Shown: positions 62,248 through 64,000 of the stretch, one piece after another
Layout of the letters: each line of letters starts with the position of its first letter
Position numbering within the stretch: position 1 is the first letter of the stretch
DNA from: an uncultured Verrucomicrobiae bacterium
Lineage (GTDB): Bacteria; Verrucomicrobiota; Verrucomicrobiia; Palsa-1439
Reading direction: 5' to 3'
Length of the DNA: 64,000 nucleotides
Assembly: GCA_963812605.1 (NCBI GenBank)
Contig: CAWEWF010000001.1
Coordinates: 128,001-192,000, forward strand
Program-made: the position numbers and the translations under genes
The notes under the pieces: model-generated
The model's database searches: none
What the model saw: only the letters and a program-made list of their open reading frames with translations
Told to the model about the DNA's origin: nothing

Positions 62248-63125
62248 TCAATCCACCCCCGCCGCCGCAAGAAATCGAACAACACCCATTCCAGTGGCGC
62301 CAGGGAATCCAGCGAGACAAACCGTCCCGCCCGCTGCTGGCACAGGGTGGTCAACTCGCGCTCGTACGACGCCCGGTACTCCTGGTAAATCGCCACGAGG
62401 TCCGCGATGCTCGAAACGTCCAGTGTGTCCGTTGTCTCCGCGTCCACAAACCGCACGTCCCCGGTCACGAGTGGGTCAATCTCGCTCGGTCCGAGGATCT
62501 GCAGGCCCAGCAACTCCAGTCCCGTCGCCCGTAACCGGTTGAATCCGCGCTTCAAATCGCCGAACGTCAGGAAATCCGACGTGATCACACAGACGCCGCG
62601 CCCGCGATGGAACTTCAACACCGACTCGATCGCCGCTTCCAACGGCGTATCGCCGCCACCTTCGATCGCTTCGAGAAAGGATAACACGCGCGCCATGCTG
62701 GCCCGTCCCGTGCAGGGGGGCAAGCGGCCCGCCCCACTCGACGGGAACACGCTAACCCGCTCGTGGTTGAGCAATCCCATCACGCCGAAGGCCGCCGCCA
62801 ATTGCTTCGCCCGTTCCAGCTTGCGCTCGAACAACATGGAGGCCGACGCGTCCACCAGCAGCACCACGTGTTGCTCCTCTTCACGGTGAAATTGCTTCAA
62901 ATACGGGCGTTGCAGCCGCGCAAAAATGTTCCAATCGACAAATCGCGTGTCGTCGCCCTCGACGTAGTCACGGTAATCGCAAAACTCCGTGCTCGTCCCA
63001 CCCTTGCCGGCGAGATGTTCCCCACGCGCGCGGGACGTAAATCGCCGACCTGAACGAATGCGCAGACGCTGCAGCCGATCGAGCACAGTGTTCGGGAACA
63101 ACGACGTTAGCTGCGCTCGTTCCAT
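62244..63125 (-). CDS. DUF58 domain protein
   Basis: EFCDYRDYVEGDDTRFVDW, DASASM, SDF. Confidence 0.92.
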   Translation of the reverse strand: MERAQLTSLFPNTVLDRLQRLRIRSGRRFTSRARGEHLAGKGGTSTEFCDYRDYVEGDDTRFVDWNIFARLQRPYLKQFHREEEQHVVLLVDASASMLFERKLERAKQLAAAFGVMGLLNHERVSVFPSSGAGRLPPCTGRASMARVLSFLEAIEGGGDTPLEAAIESVLKFHRGRGVCVITSDFLTFGDLKRGFNRLRATGLELLGLQILGPSEIDPLVTGDVRFVDAETTDTLDVSSIADLVAIYQEYRASYERELTTLCQQRAGRFVSLDSLAPLEWVLFDFLRRRGWIE

Positions 63126-64000
63126 TACACGGTTTCCTTGATCTGTTCGAGAATCTCGCGGATCAAATCGCCGACCCTCACATTCTCCGCCTGCCCGTCG
63201 TAATTCAATAACACGCGGTGCCCGAGCACCTCCGGCAAGAAGTGTTGGATGTCAGCGAACGCCACGTGCGCACGGCCATCCGCCAGGGCCCGCACTCGCG
63301 CGGCGCGAATCAATGCTTGCGTCGCCCGCGGACTGGCGCCCCACTTCACATAACGGCGAACGCGCTCCGTCCCAAATTCCGAATCGGGATGCGTCGCCAA
63401 CACCACCCGCACGGCGTAATCGCAAATCGGATCGGCAACCACTACGCGATCGAGTACCCGGCGCAGCGAAAGAATCCGCTCGGCATTCACGATCTTCTGC
63501 AACTCGGTCCCCTGTTTGAGGATCGTCCGGCTGACGACGTTGTTGAGTTCATCCCGACTAAGGAACGGCACGTCCAACTTGAACATGAACCGGTCCAATT
63601 GCGCCTCCGGCAGTGGATACGTGCCCTCCTGTTCAATGGGGTTTTGCGTGGCCAGCACGAAGAACGGCGGTTGAAGTTGGTACGTGGTTCCGCCGGTGGT
63701 TACCGAACCTTCCTGCATCGTCTCCAGCAACGCCGATTGGGTCTTGGGCGTCGCGCGGTTGATCTCGTCGGCCAGCAGCAATTGCGTGAAGATCGGCCCC
63801 CGCCGAAACTCGAATCGATAGGCGCCATCCGGGCCGGTGGTCATGATGTTCGTGCCGATGATGTCGGCCGGCATCAGGTCCGGGGTGAATTGTATGCGGC
63901 GAAACTCCAGGTCCAGGACCCGACCGAGCGCTTTCACCAGTTCCGTTTTCCCCAGGCCGGGCACGCCTTCGAGCAGCACGTTCCCACCCGCCACCAACGC
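63125..64000 (-). CDS. MoxR family AAA+ ATPase (5' partial)
   Basis: [59 protein letters not shown]. Confidence 0.96.
   Translation of the reverse strand, partial: ALVAGGNVLLEGVPGLGKTELVKALGRVLDLEFRRIQFTPDLMPADIIGTNIMTTGPDGAYRFEFRRGPIFTQLLLADEINRATPKTQSALLETMQEGSVTTGGTTYQLQPPFFVLATQNPIEQEGTYPLPEAQLDRFMFKLDVPFLSRDELNNVVSRTILKQGTELQKIVNAERILSLRRVLDRVVVADPICDYAVRVVLATHPDSEFGTERVRRYVKWGASPRATQALIRAARVRALADGRAHVAFADIQHFLPEVLGHRVLLNYDGQAENVRVGDLIREILEQIKETV

Overview
GC-rich bacterial chromosomal window. Gene content and style suggest Verrucomicrobiota/PVC (inference). It has three parts. (1) Core genes at 1-9420: GT-C-like membrane protein, sigma54 two-component pair, apgM, upp, moeA, ending in tRNA-Arg(UCU) on the minus strand. 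(2) A tandem array of integrative elements that enter at the anticodon loop and duplicate the 5' half of that tRNA (att copies at 9458-9497, 36975-37014, 51428-51466); each att is followed by an integrase or integrase remnant. Island 1 (about 27.5 kb) has an intact tyrosine integrase and excisionase and a type I R-M locus with two HEPN-motif genes and a candidate HhH glycosylase. It also carries a LexA-controlled module with a Y-family polymerase fused to DnaE (C-terminally truncated here), an MmcB-like nuclease and SRAP, plus a TBDR-YfiR-HK-RR cassette. Island 2 (about 14.4 kb) is a thiol/methionine redox island (MsrP, MsrA, Trx-CcdA, Prx, DoxX) with a sigma54 activator, two ECF sigma factors and a five-fold repeated ECF-type promoter. 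(3) A MoxR-DUF58-vWA-ABC cluster at 51689-64000. Many genes carry single-base frameshifts, some compensating, which suggests sequencing indel errors. All assignments come from motif recognition by eye; no database search was run.
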